Part shown: one piece after another, positions 9,843-19,671 of the stretch
Position numbering within the stretch: position 1 is the first letter of the stretch
Layout: each line of letters opens with the position of its first letter
From: a virus
Lineage: Duplodnaviria > Caudoviricetes
Strand: one strand, 5' to 3'
IMG/VR virus record: IMGVR_UViG_3300030099_003199
Location: 32,001 to 96,000 of that record
DNA length: 64,000 bases
Notes under the pieces: generated by a model
What the model was told of the DNA's origin: nothing
Database searches by the model: none
The model's input: the letters and a program-made list of their open reading frames with translations, nothing else
Position numbers and translations under genes: made by a program

Positions 9843-10324
9843 TCCTTTTTCTTCTCCTTCTCTTCTTTTAATAATCTTTGTGACTCTTCATTAGCAACTT
9901 TAATTCTTAATGCAATTGCATCATCATCTAATGGTATAGCTGGATCAGCATTACCCATTAGTGCTTCAAGAAAATGTTTTCTATCATAGATTTTAGTTTT
10001 CTTTTGAAGGCCTGCTTGTGCATTGAATTCATTAGTGAGCATCATTAGTGTCCACACTGCTACATCTAAGTCAGTAACTTTTTCTTTATCAAAATCATCA
10101 CCTTTATAATCCATTTTAACATATTCCAAAGCTCTAGTTGCTTCATCTGGGTCAACACTATTAACAACATACTCTAATGTTTTTTGTATTGATCTACTGA
10201 ATGCACCTGAGATTCTTATATCTACAGTATCTTCATCAGGTACTGCAGCAAATGTATCATTAGGTAATTGTTCTGACAATTCAATCATTTCTTTGATTGC
10301 TTGTTTATCTATTTCTTCTGACAT
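9839..10324 (-). CDS. Acidic hypothetical protein, lone antisense gene in the early block
   Basis: ORF with its own TAnnTTTG promoter. Confidence 0.8.
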   Translation of the reverse strand: MSEEIDKQAIKEMIELSEQLPNDTFAAVPDEDTVDIRISGAFSRSIQKTLEYVVNSVDPDEATRALEYVKMDYKGDDFDKEKVTDLDVAVWTLMMLTNEFNAQAGLQKKTKIYDRKHFLEALMGNADPAIPLDDDAIALRIKVANEESQRLLKEEKEKKKD

Positions 10325-10344
10325 AGTAATATTATTTTATGATA

Positions 10345-10352
10345 CAAAGATA
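10345..10352 (-). promoter_or_regulatory. Bacteroidota sigma-A -7 element TATCTTTG
   Basis: Matches TAnnTTTG about 20 nt upstream of ATG 10324. Confidence 0.65.
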
Positions 10353-10397
10353 GGAATAAAATTTAAATATATACAAGGTTAACACAGTTTAATTTTG

Positions 10398-10405
10398 TAT
10401 CTTTG
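10398..10405 (+). promoter_or_regulatory. Bacteroidota sigma-A -7 element TATCTTTG
   Basis: Matches TAnnTTTG 18 nt upstream of ATG 10424. Confidence 0.65.
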
Positions 10406-10423
10406 TTAACTAATAAATCAAGT

Positions 10424-10942
10424 ATGAAACCAAGTATTTTAACACCTGAAATGGCTCAGGATGTAAGCCAGTTTATTGAATCATTTGAAAGTAAACATAA
10501 GTATCCAATCAATGTAGAGATTGGTGGTATTCAAAGTTCAATTGCAGTAGCTGATAATCCTGAAAGATTAAATCAAACAGATATAGTTTCTCTTATAACA
10601 AATGCTATGCACTCGTTTGATGAAGACCTCAAGCAATATAAAAGTCTCCGTAATCTTAAGACAAGAAAAAGAGATGTGCTTATATGGGCACAACTATATT
10701 CTTATTTAGCATGGAGATATGGTTACAACAAAAGTTGTATTGCTAGATTTTTAAATAAAAATCACGCAACTATTATACACAGTATTAAAACTATAGAAAA
10801 CTATAAGTATACTAATGATGTAGAGTATGTTGCTATTTATGAACACTTAAAAAAATACATTCAAGAATATGTGGGAACTAATGCAGGAAATCCTGATAGA
10901 CAAACTTACTCCGAATCAGCTCTTGTTACTCTATGCAATTGA
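10424..10942 (+). CDS. DnaA C-terminal-like HTH DNA-binding protein
   Basis: IARFLNKNHATIIHSIKTI resembles the DnaA domain IV signature (IGxxFGxRDHxTVxHA). Confidence 0.7.
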   Translation: MKPSILTPEMAQDVSQFIESFESKHKYPINVEIGGIQSSIAVADNPERLNQTDIVSLITNAMHSFDEDLKQYKSLRNLKTRKRDVLIWAQLYSYLAWRYGYNKSCIARFLNKNHATIIHSIKTIENYKYTNDVEYVAIYEHLKKYIQEYVGTNAGNPDRQTYSESALVTLCN

Positions 10943-11468
10943 TAACAGTACTAGTATTAGAACAATTAATCCTCATTTAGAAATAAAAGGATTGGTTGCT
11001 GAAAAGTATGTAGAGTATGAGCCCGGTAAGAATGTCAAAATAACTAATAAAGGTAGAGAGATAATAACTAAATACAATGCTTATTTTACTAAAGCTAAAA
11101 AGAAAACTAATATCCATTTAATGGGTAAAGAATATGTAGATAAAGTAGAAGAGTATAGAGAGTTGTTTCCTGCGGGTAAATTACCACATGGTAAGCCAGC
11201 CAGAGTTAATGTAAAGACATTAATAAATAATTTTAGATGGTTCTTTGAGAACTATAACTATACATGGGATGAAGTTATTGATGCAACTAAACGTTATGTA
11301 AATGAATATGCACAAAAAGATTATCTGTATATGCAGACTAGTCAATACTTTATATCCAAAGCTGATCAATCTAAAGTAAAGCAATCACAACTTGCTGACT
11401 ATTGTGATATGATTAGAGATGGAGTAGAAGAAGAAGATAATAATCATTTTAGTGAGAATGTTGTATGA
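10869..11468 (+). CDS. Putative replication initiator or helicase loader (winged-helix N-terminus)
   Basis: wHTH-like segment (LVAEKYV...ITNKGR); directly upstream of DnaB. Confidence 0.5.
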   Translation: MWELMQEILIDKLTPNQLLLLYAIDNSTSIRTINPHLEIKGLVAEKYVEYEPGKNVKITNKGREIITKYNAYFTKAKKKTNIHLMGKEYVDKVEEYRELFPAGKLPHGKPARVNVKTLINNFRWFFENYNYTWDEVIDATKRYVNEYAQKDYLYMQTSQYFISKADQSKVKQSQLADYCDMIRDGVEEEDNNHFSENVV

Positions 11469-12421
11469 GTAAACAAGCATGGAAAGGTCAACATAATGCG
11501 TTTCAAGAAGCGCTTAGATATATGCTTGATAGACAATCAGGCAAAGAGAAATCTATATATACACCATGGCCTAAGTTTAATGATGCTATAACAGATGGAT
11601 TAGAGTGGAATACTCTTACTGTTATTGGCGGTAGACCAGGGTCAGGTAAGACATTAATAAAGGATCAGATAATTAGAGAATCATTTGTCTTAAATCCTGA
11701 AGATGAATTTAGAGTATTAGAGTTTCAGTTTGAAATGGTAGGTAGAACCTCAGCAATAAGAGAATTTAGTTCCATTACTGGTAAGACATACAAAGAGTTA
11801 TGTAGTGCTGGATCAACGTTAAGTGCAGATGTATTTAATAAGTGTCATCTGTATGCAAAAGATAGAGTAAAGTTTCCTGTTGATATAATATCTACACCTA
11901 TGACTGTTAATCAAATGCGTGAGCAAGTTGATATGTATATGAATGAACATAAAGGTCAGAAGACTATTATAACATTGGATCATACTATACTAGTTAAGAG
12001 AGCACCTTATCAAAACAATAGATTAGATATGTTGTTTGAGTTGGGTGAATTCTTTACACAAGTTAAACGTGAGTATCCTTGTTTGTTTATAGCATTATCA
12101 CAACTAAATAGGAACATAGATAATCCAGATAGAGCTGTTGATGGTAAGTATGGTAACTATATTCTTGAGTCAGATATATTTGGTTCAGATGCAATGTTAC
12201 AACATGCTGATACGTTGATTGGTATCAACCGTCCTGCTAAACAAAAGATTAAATACTATGGACCTGATAGATATGTAATAGATGATGACAAGACTTTAGT
12301 ATTACATTTCCTTAAAGCAAGGAATGGTGATGCACGTATGTCATTCTTTAAAGCAGCCTTTGAGAGAATGGAAATACTTGAGATGAATACACCAGCTCAA
12401 GCTCCACGTAGACAAGTTTAA
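11465..12421 (+). CDS. dnaB: Replicative DnaB-family helicase
   Basis: GGRPGSGKT, FEM, LDH, LSQLNR, LKARNG. Confidence 0.9.
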   Translation: MSKQAWKGQHNAFQEALRYMLDRQSGKEKSIYTPWPKFNDAITDGLEWNTLTVIGGRPGSGKTLIKDQIIRESFVLNPEDEFRVLEFQFEMVGRTSAIREFSSITGKTYKELCSAGSTLSADVFNKCHLYAKDRVKFPVDIISTPMTVNQMREQVDMYMNEHKGQKTIITLDHTILVKRAPYQNNRLDMLFELGEFFTQVKREYPCLFIALSQLNRNIDNPDRAVDGKYGNYILESDIFGSDAMLQHADTLIGINRPAKQKIKYYGPDRYVIDDDKTLVLHFLKARNGDARMSFFKAAFERMEILEMNTPAQAPRRQV

Positions 12422-12433
12422 TAAATAAATAAT

Positions 12434-12970
12434 ATGACACCAGCAGAAAGAAAGAAAAAAGTTAAGGAGTTGTTTAGTGAACATGAAGAGTATTTTACTT
12501 CTAATAACATTAAACATCCATTATACATTCCTAAGATGGCGTATAGACCACCTGGTAAGGATGAGAAACATATATCTTTTTTCCCAAGTGAATTACAAAA
12601 GGGAGAAGATATATACACAGAGTTTGTAAGTATTGAATATGATTCAGAAGATCCAAAGAGAACGTTATACTTTCTTAAGCATAACCCTCATTGGGCTGAA
12701 GAGTATGAGTTAGTTACATCAAAGTCAGGACATGAAAGACATATCATTCCTATTGGTGAACTAAAAGTAATCAATGATATAAACTCTAGAAACAATGCGC
12801 AGGTAGCTAGCCTTGCAGATGCAGTAACTAAGTTAACTACACAGGATATAAATATTGGTAATCCTGAGACAGAAAGAACTATGTTAGATGTAGCTAAAGG
12901 TATAGAGAAAGCGTTAATAGGTATTCAAAACCTATTGAAGAACATTAATAGAAATCAATTAAATCAATAA
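12434..12970 (+). CDS. Hypothetical replication-cluster protein
   Basis: ORF between helicase and AAA ATPase. Confidence 0.8.
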   Translation: MTPAERKKKVKELFSEHEEYFTSNNIKHPLYIPKMAYRPPGKDEKHISFFPSELQKGEDIYTEFVSIEYDSEDPKRTLYFLKHNPHWAEEYELVTSKSGHERHIIPIGELKVINDINSRNNAQVASLADAVTKLTTQDINIGNPETERTMLDVAKGIEKALIGIQNLLKNINRNQLNQ

Positions 12971-12972
12971 GT

Positions 12973-13656
12973 ATGGCACAAAGCGTATTAATTATTGCTG
13001 ACTCAGGGTCAGGTAAATCAACAAGTATGAGGAATCTTCCTGCAAAGGAGACCTTTATAATTAACATTGCAAATAAACCTTTACCATTCAAAGGATGGAA
13101 AAAAGATTATACTAACATTAGTAAAGATAATCCTAAAGGTAATATGACTTCAGCTTCTTCAGCTGCTGGTATTATTAAAGCAATGAAACATGTTAATGAT
13201 AACATGCCACACATCAAGACACTAGTTGTAGATGACTGGCAGTATATGTCTAGCTTTGAATACTTTGATAGAGCTAATGAAAAAGGTTATGATAAGTTTA
13301 CTCAGATTGCGGCTAACTTGGCACAGGTTGCTAAGATGCCTAAAGATATGAGAGAAGACTTAACTATCTTTTTCTTAACTCATTCAGAAGATTCAACTGA
13401 TATTAATGGACATCGTAAAGTTAAAGCTAAAACAATTGGTAAAATGATTGATAATACTTTAACACTAGAAGGATTATTTTCTATAGTTTTGTTTGGTCAT
13501 GTAAAGAAAGATGAAGACGGACAATTACACTATGGATTTGATACTGTAAATAATGGGGAGAATACATGTAAGTCTCCAATGGGAATGTTTGATGATTCCT
13601 TTATAGATAATGATTTGCAATTAGTTAAAAACTGTATTGCAGAATATGAGAACTAG
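12973..13656 (+). CDS. AAA_24/Sak4-like ATPase
   Basis: ADSGSGKSTS, LVVDD, TH, CKSPMGMF; followed by the SSB gene. Confidence 0.85.
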   Translation: MAQSVLIIADSGSGKSTSMRNLPAKETFIINIANKPLPFKGWKKDYTNISKDNPKGNMTSASSAAGIIKAMKHVNDNMPHIKTLVVDDWQYMSSFEYFDRANEKGYDKFTQIAANLAQVAKMPKDMREDLTIFFLTHSEDSTDINGHRKVKAKTIGKMIDNTLTLEGLFSIVLFGHVKKDEDGQLHYGFDTVNNGENTCKSPMGMFDDSFIDNDLQLVKNCIAEYEN

Positions 13657-13683
13657 TATATTAATTAATTAAAAAAAGAAAAA

Positions 13684-14361
13684 ATGTTAAATACAAAAGA
13701 CATGCAAGTAGGAGCCGGTAAAGTTAGACCTTTGATTGGCCCAGGTAACAACGTAATAAAAATTAATTCTATAACGTTTGATCAAACACCATTTGATACT
13801 GATGCATATAATGTTATGTTACATGTAGAAACTAAACCAGTTGGTGGTGACTTTGAAGGATTCTTTAAAGATAAAGACAATGAATCTGCAGGTAGATATG
13901 AAGGACAAATTGGTAGAGTTAGAATGACACCGTATCCTTACAAGACTACAACTCTAGCAAGTGGTAGAGAGATTGATAGAGATCAAGAAGTTCTTAAGTC
14001 TATGATATTCTTAAGTGAAGTAATGAACAAAAGAGTTGAGTTAGATACTATTGAAGCTAATACTATTGAAGACTTTATATCTTCTGCTAGTAAGTTGCTA
14101 AGTGGTACATACTTTAATGTATGTTTGGGTTCACGTGAGTGGGAAAACAAAGAAGGATATATCAATAATGATTTGTATCTTCCTAAGTTATCTAAAGATG
14201 GTGTACCTGCTGAACAATTAGATAAAGAAAACTCAAGACTATTGTCTTTCAATGAGGGAACTCATGTTAGAAAAGTACAAAAGAAAGCTGAGTCAACTAC
14301 ATCTAGCGCAAGCTTTGAGCCTGCAATGAATGGTTCTGCAGGATCTGACTTTGATCTTTAA
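13684..14361 (+). CDS. Single-stranded DNA-binding protein
   Basis: Follows the Sak4-like gene; beta-rich with flexible tail ending SDFDL. Confidence 0.65.
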   Translation: MLNTKDMQVGAGKVRPLIGPGNNVIKINSITFDQTPFDTDAYNVMLHVETKPVGGDFEGFFKDKDNESAGRYEGQIGRVRMTPYPYKTTTLASGREIDRDQEVLKSMIFLSEVMNKRVELDTIEANTIEDFISSASKLLSGTYFNVCLGSREWENKEGYINNDLYLPKLSKDGVPAEQLDKENSRLLSFNEGTHVRKVQKKAESTTSSASFEPAMNGSAGSDFDL

Positions 14362-14370
14362 TAAATAATA

Positions 14371-14470
14371 AAAGTAGTGGGTGCTGAATGGTATAAAGGT
14401 TCCAGACGTGGTCATACCAGCTTAATTGGGGGGAAAACAGTTGCGTTGCCAATCCTCAGCCCCAACTTTT
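14371..14470 (+). ncRNA. Candidate structured RNA (three-way junction) upstream of primase
   Basis: GC-rich island with pairings GGGUGCUGA/UCAGCCCC, UGGUAU/AUACCA and AUUGG/CCAAU. Confidence 0.45.
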
Positions 14471-14482
14471 AAATTTAATACT

Positions 14483-15457
14483 ATGTTTACTACAAAAGGA
14501 TTTGCAGATAATAAAAATGATGTAAATAGTGCATGGGTATTTGAATACTATCTTACTCTACCTGAAAGGCTAGCCGGTCAGGATTTAAAGATTAAGTCTG
14601 TGTTTAATCCTAATGAGCGTACTCCAAGTATGTGTATCTATTTATGTCCATATAAAAATGAATATAAGTTTAAAGATTTTTCTACAGGTAAACAGGGAAG
14701 TAAAGTTGATCTAGTACAAGAATTATTTGACCTGAATTATTCTAAGGCTTTGTTTAGAATAGTTGAAGACTATAATAAATGGGTAATGGATGGTGGTATA
14801 TTTGATTCTGAAGAGTTTGTACCTGCACCAAAATTTAAATTAGATGCAACTATAACAAGAGATTGGACTGATGAAGACGCTAAGTTTTGGTTACAGTTTA
14901 ATATAGGTAGTAGTATGTTATCTAAATATATGGTGTTACCTCTAGATTATTTTACTATGGTTAAAGATACAGGAGATAGTATTGAAAAAATTAAAATAAA
15001 ATCCTCTGGAATTTATGGATACTTTAATAAAGAAAGTAAATGTTATAAGATTTATCAGCCTCATAGTAAGAAGAACAAGTTTACTAAAGTGCATGAGCAT
15101 CTGCAGGGACTTGAGCAACTAACATATAAGAAGGATTATCTTATAATAACATCATCACTCAAAGATGGTATGTGTATTGATTCATTTGGTTTTAACTTAG
15201 AGTTTATTGCTCCTCATAGTGAGAACACAATAATCAAACCACATATAATACATAGTTTAAAACAGAAGTATAAAAAAGTATTATCTTTGTTTGATAATGA
15301 TGAAGCAGGTCACACTGCAATGGAGACATATAAAAATGTATATGATATAGATGGTGTATATATCAAATCTGAAAAAGATATATCAGACGCAGTAAAAAAA
15401 TATGGAGCTGATGCAGTCAAGCCTAAATTGTTTAACCTAATAAAATCAAGTATATGA
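14483..15457 (+). CDS. DNA primase (TOPRIM)
   Basis: ERTPS, FKDFSTG, SSLKD, FDNDEAG, KDISD; start refined to MFTTKG. Confidence 0.85.
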   Translation: MFTTKGFADNKNDVNSAWVFEYYLTLPERLAGQDLKIKSVFNPNERTPSMCIYLCPYKNEYKFKDFSTGKQGSKVDLVQELFDLNYSKALFRIVEDYNKWVMDGGIFDSEEFVPAPKFKLDATITRDWTDEDAKFWLQFNIGSSMLSKYMVLPLDYFTMVKDTGDSIEKIKIKSSGIYGYFNKESKCYKIYQPHSKKNKFTKVHEHLQGLEQLTYKKDYLIITSSLKDGMCIDSFGFNLEFIAPHSENTIIKPHIIHSLKQKYKKVLSLFDNDEAGHTAMETYKNVYDIDGVYIKSEKDISDAVKKYGADAVKPKLFNLIKSSI

Positions 15458-15852
15458 AATGGTGGGTAAAAGGTAATGTACCTAGTTCAAAGAATAGCCG
15501 TCAATGGACGGGTAAATATTTTGTAGTTAGTAAAACAGTTACTAAATATAGAAAAGCTACAAGAGCGGAGTATGAAAGAATGGCTCCTCAGTTTAAGTTT
15601 GAAGCAGCTAAGTATGAGTTACCACTCACTGTTACATTTACATTTGTAAGAGGAACTAAACACAAATTTGATTATATAAATCCATGTCAAACTGTACAAG
15701 ATGATATGGTAAAGTATGGATGGATTGAAGATGATAACTGTGAATTCATTATACCAATATTTGAACCTTATGAATATGATAAAGAATATCCAGGTGTCTG
15801 GATTGAAATTAAACCAGAATTAAATAAATTAAAAGATGAACGAGAAACCTAA
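15454..15852 (+). CDS. RusA-like Holliday junction resolvase
   Basis: VPSSKN, DYINPCQTVQD, WIEDDN. Confidence 0.7.
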   Translation: MKWWVKGNVPSSKNSRQWTGKYFVVSKTVTKYRKATRAEYERMAPQFKFEAAKYELPLTVTFTFVRGTKHKFDYINPCQTVQDDMVKYGWIEDDNCEFIIPIFEPYEYDKEYPGVWIEIKPELNKLKDERET

Positions 15853-16159
15853 GTTAACATTACAGGTTTATGATAAGCTAATAGAAATGATGAGATCCTC
15901 CAACATGGAGGATTTTTTTATGGGGTTAGAAGTATACAAGAATCATAAAAGATCACAGTGGTCTGATATACTTATGTATAAATCTTTTGTTGGAAACAAA
16001 AGACATGAAGTAGAAAAAGAATTAAATATGAATGGACGTATCTTATGGCGTTATGATACTATGTCAATGGCCCAACTTAAAGAGAAACGTAAAAGATATT
16101 TAAAAGGAGATGAACAATTAATATTTGATAGATTATATGATGAATACAACAGCTATTAA
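15836..16159 (+). CDS. Hypothetical protein sharing a helical motif with the two genes after MoxR
   Basis: LTLQVYDKLIEMMRSSNMEDFFMG. Confidence 0.7.
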   Translation: MNEKPKLTLQVYDKLIEMMRSSNMEDFFMGLEVYKNHKRSQWSDILMYKSFVGNKRHEVEKELNMNGRILWRYDTMSMAQLKEKRKRYLKGDEQLIFDRLYDEYNSY

Positions 16160-17324
16160 CATACAGAAAGTAGTAGATAAAGTATCTAAAGCTTGTAAGA
16201 CTCTTATGTTTAAGGAACCATTTTATGGTCTCTTTCTTATAGGAATCAATAAAAAATATAGAGATGATCTGCCTACAGCAGGTGTAAGTAAGAACGGAAT
16301 GGGTGTGCAGCTAGCAATTAATCCTGCATTCTTTGATGGTCTTACTGAAAAACAACAAATGGGTTTGCTAAAACATGAGATATTACATGTAGGCTTTGGG
16401 CATTTACTTATAAGAGATAAGTATGATGATCAAAAACTATTTAATATAGCAGCTGATCTAGAAATTAATCAGTATATAGCAACTGATTGTTTACCTGAAG
16501 GTGGTTTAACATTGGATACATTTCCTGAGTTAAATCTTCCTATTAAAGCAGGAACTAAAGTATACTATGATTCACTTAAACAAGCTCAAGAAGATGGTAC
16601 ATGTCCAACACTAGACAATTTATTAAATCAAATGAATGGTGGTAGTCAGTATTGTCATGGTACTTGGGATGAGTTTGATGAGCTATCAGAAGCTGATAAG
16701 AAGCTAGTACAAAAACAAATTGAACATCAGTTAAAAGAAACTGCAGAATTAACAGAAAAAAGACAAGGTCATGTACCCGGTGAATTTGCAGAAATTATAA
16801 AAAGACTGAGAAAGATTGAACCACCTTCATTTAATTGGAAGGCATATCTAAGAAGGTTTGTTGGAAATTCTAGTATAGTATATACAAAGAAACTGAGACG
16901 TAAGTACAATAAAAGATACAGCGGTAACCCTGGTCTTAAGATTAAACACAAAAATCATATCTGTGTTGGTGTTGACACAAGCGGATCTGTATCTAATTCA
17001 GAACTAAAAGAGTTCATGAGTGAACTTACACATATGCACAAGACTGGTCATCAAATCACTGTAGTACAGTGTGATACACAGATCAATAGTGTAGAAGTAT
17101 TTAATCCTAAAAAAGATTGGGATATAAAAGGTAGAGGAGGTACAGACTTCCAACCTGTAATAGATCATTATAATGAAAAGGGTCATTATACAGCCCTTAT
17201 ATATTTAACAGATGGTGAAGCTTATACTCCAGATAACTGTCCAAAGAATACTCTTTGGGTACACAGTTCTCGTTGTAATATAAATCAAGAGTTACCAGGA
17301 CTTAAAATTCAAATTAATAAATAA
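16137..17324 (+). CDS. Metallopeptidase plus vWA domain protein (DUF2201-like)
   Basis: HEILH, NIAADLEIN, MIDAS DTSGS, GRGGTDF, LTDG. Confidence 0.9.
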   Translation: MMNTTAINIQKVVDKVSKACKTLMFKEPFYGLFLIGINKKYRDDLPTAGVSKNGMGVQLAINPAFFDGLTEKQQMGLLKHEILHVGFGHLLIRDKYDDQKLFNIAADLEINQYIATDCLPEGGLTLDTFPELNLPIKAGTKVYYDSLKQAQEDGTCPTLDNLLNQMNGGSQYCHGTWDEFDELSEADKKLVQKQIEHQLKETAELTEKRQGHVPGEFAEIIKRLRKIEPPSFNWKAYLRRFVGNSSIVYTKKLRRKYNKRYSGNPGLKIKHKNHICVGVDTSGSVSNSELKEFMSELTHMHKTGHQITVVQCDTQINSVEVFNPKKDWDIKGRGGTDFQPVIDHYNEKGHYTALIYLTDGEAYTPDNCPKNTLWVHSSRCNINQELPGLKIQINK

Positions 17325-17332
17325 TAAAGAAA

Positions 17333-18598
17333 ATGGCACAAGTAAATTTAAACATTGATGAGTTAAAGGATTTTGTTAATCACGTAGTTAACAACAATAG
17401 ATTCCTACAAAAACAAGGTAAGAAACCAGTAGCAATTGAAGTTGTTGGTGAGTCTGGTATTGGTAAAACTACATCTATTATGGACATGGCAAGAGACCAT
17501 GATCTAGATTTTGTTAAACTTAATCTTGCACAGATTGAGGAGTTGGGTGACCTTGTAGGTTTTCCAGTTAGACAATTTCAAATGTATAAAGAAAAGCAAG
17601 TACCTGTTAAAGGTGATGATGTAAACTATAGTAGAACAGGCGCTGCAGCTGATGATCTACTAAAGCTAGCAAACAAAACTACTACTAAGAAAGTTGGTCA
17701 GTGGGTTGATGAGTTAGCTGTAGCAGAATATCTTAAGAGTGGATGGAAGATGACAGGTCAAAACCGTATGTCATACTGTGCACCTGAGTGGATTGCAGGT
17801 AAAAAGAAAGGTGGTATCCTACTTCTTGATGACTGGAACCGTGCAGATGTAAGATTCATCCAAGCTGTTATGGAATTGGTGGACCGTCAGACATACATCT
17901 CATGGACACTACCAGAGGATTGGCATATTATATTGACTGCAAATCCTGATAACGGTGACTATATGGTTAACTCTGTTGACTCAGCACAGAAGACTCGTTA
18001 CATAACTGCAAACTTAAAGTTTGATGTAGATGTGTGGGCAAGATGGGCAGAAGCAGAAGGTATTGACTCAAGATGTATTAACTTTTTGTTGATGCATCCT
18101 GAACTTGTAACACAAGAAACTAATGCAAGATCTATCTCTACATTCTTCAATGCTATATCTAGCTTTGAAAAGTTTGATGAGAATCTACCACTAATCCAAA
18201 TGATTGGTGAAGGTAGTGTAGGTGAGGAGTTTGCATCTATGTTTACAATCTTTATTAATAACAAACTGGATAAGCTGGTAACTCCTAAAGACTTATTGAC
18301 TCATGACAATGAGCAATATATTTTAGGTGAGCTTGGATCATGTGTTGGTAAAGATGATTCATATCGTGCAGACATTGCATCTACACTTGCAACAAGACTT
18401 GGTAACTATGCTGTTGTATACTCTAAAGAGAATACAGTTAATCAAAAGATTACTGATAGGTTGCTAACACTATGTACTAAAGAGTATTTCTCTAATGATC
18501 TTAAGTATCTAATTGTTAGAACTATCTTTAATGGTAACAAGCAGAAGTTTAACAAGTTTATGATGAACCCTGAAATAATTAAAATGACATTAAAGTAA
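17333..18598 (+). CDS. MoxR-like AAA+ ATPase
   Basis: GESGIGKT, LLLDDWNRA, LTANP. Confidence 0.9.
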   Translation: MAQVNLNIDELKDFVNHVVNNNRFLQKQGKKPVAIEVVGESGIGKTTSIMDMARDHDLDFVKLNLAQIEELGDLVGFPVRQFQMYKEKQVPVKGDDVNYSRTGAAADDLLKLANKTTTKKVGQWVDELAVAEYLKSGWKMTGQNRMSYCAPEWIAGKKKGGILLLDDWNRADVRFIQAVMELVDRQTYISWTLPEDWHIILTANPDNGDYMVNSVDSAQKTRYITANLKFDVDVWARWAEAEGIDSRCINFLLMHPELVTQETNARSISTFFNAISSFEKFDENLPLIQMIGEGSVGEEFASMFTIFINNKLDKLVTPKDLLTHDNEQYILGELGSCVGKDDSYRADIASTLATRLGNYAVVYSKENTVNQKITDRLLTLCTKEYFSNDLKYLIVRTIFNGNKQKFNKFMMNPEIIKMTLK

Positions 18599-19671
18599 TG
18601 GCAAAAATTCATGAAGATGTAAGATCCATGAGTAATATTGTTTCAAGTTTAGGTATTGCCTCTACAGACATCAATGGGATGATCTGTAGTGGTGATGCTC
18701 TAAACTATACAACAGTATTAGTTAGTGAAGATGAAACATCATATATAAAACATCAAGAAATATTAGAAGGAGATACTCAAACTCCCATTATAAATTATAA
18801 AAACAAAAAAGCTTTTATTATTCCTGGCTCAAGCATAACTGCTGATAAATTAAAAATGGAATTAAAAGAGCATGATATTAAAATTACTAATGATATAGAT
18901 CAAGCAGATGTATTTATTACTAATGTTATGTCAAGTCAAACAGTTGATGATCATAATATACCATTGCGTACTGTTATGTTTAATATTAATAATGGTTATT
19001 CTATAACTGAGTTTACACAAGGTAAAAGAAAATGTGACCTTATTAATAAATGGATGACTGATGAAAGCATAGAACATGTAATATGGGATAATAGACGTTC
19101 TGAAGCTTTGAGTACTTATCTTGGTAGTTGTGAGTATGATTCTCTTCCTTATGATACATATGTATATACAGGTATGGCTTTGAAAATTTTAGATCGTATT
19201 GTTAATGATGGTTGTGAAACTATTACTGGAGAAAGAGTTGTAGATGAATCTCCTAATCAACAAATACTAACTAAGAGTTTGCTTGATACATGTTTACAAA
19301 TGTATGATGCGGGTGGTGAAGATAGAGCAATGTTAGAAAAGATTTTGCCTACAATACGTACTGATGTTAATCATCATTTATTATGGAAACTACATGGTAG
19401 TATTCAAGAATATCATTTTAGTTCACGTAATAAAGATATAAAGTATTGGTTCAGTAAATCACAACATTCTTGGTATTCAAGAATGTCTGCTGAAGATTTT
19501 GTAAAACAACATGATGAAGACGGAACACTTACTTCTGAGGGTTTTAAATATATGGAGCCTTTGATAAGAAAAGGAATTGAAATTTATAACAGAGAGTTGT
19601 ATGTATTCACAGTAAGAATTAAACCAGAGTATGAAAAAAAATATTTAAAAAAATTATGTGTACACAGATGA
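18598..19671 (+). CDS. Hypothetical protein, possible BRCT-like domain; paralog of the next gene
   Basis: PGSSITADKL...IKITNDIDQADVFI. Confidence 0.7.
   Translation: MAKIHEDVRSMSNIVSSLGIASTDINGMICSGDALNYTTVLVSEDETSYIKHQEILEGDTQTPIINYKNKKAFIIPGSSITADKLKMELKEHDIKITNDIDQADVFITNVMSSQTVDDHNIPLRTVMFNINNGYSITEFTQGKRKCDLINKWMTDESIEHVIWDNRRSEALSTYLGSCEYDSLPYDTYVYTGMALKILDRIVNDGCETITGERVVDESPNQQILTKSLLDTCLQMYDAGGEDRAMLEKILPTIRTDVNHHLLWKLHGSIQEYHFSSRNKDIKYWFSKSQHSWYSRMSAEDFVKQHDEDGTLTSEGFKYMEPLIRKGIEIYNRELYVFTVRIKPEYEKKYLKKLCVHR

Noticed and set aside
14376-14465. tRNA or tmRNA
   Set aside because: Ends resemble an acceptor stem, but there is no correctly placed T-arm, anticodon arm or tag ORF.
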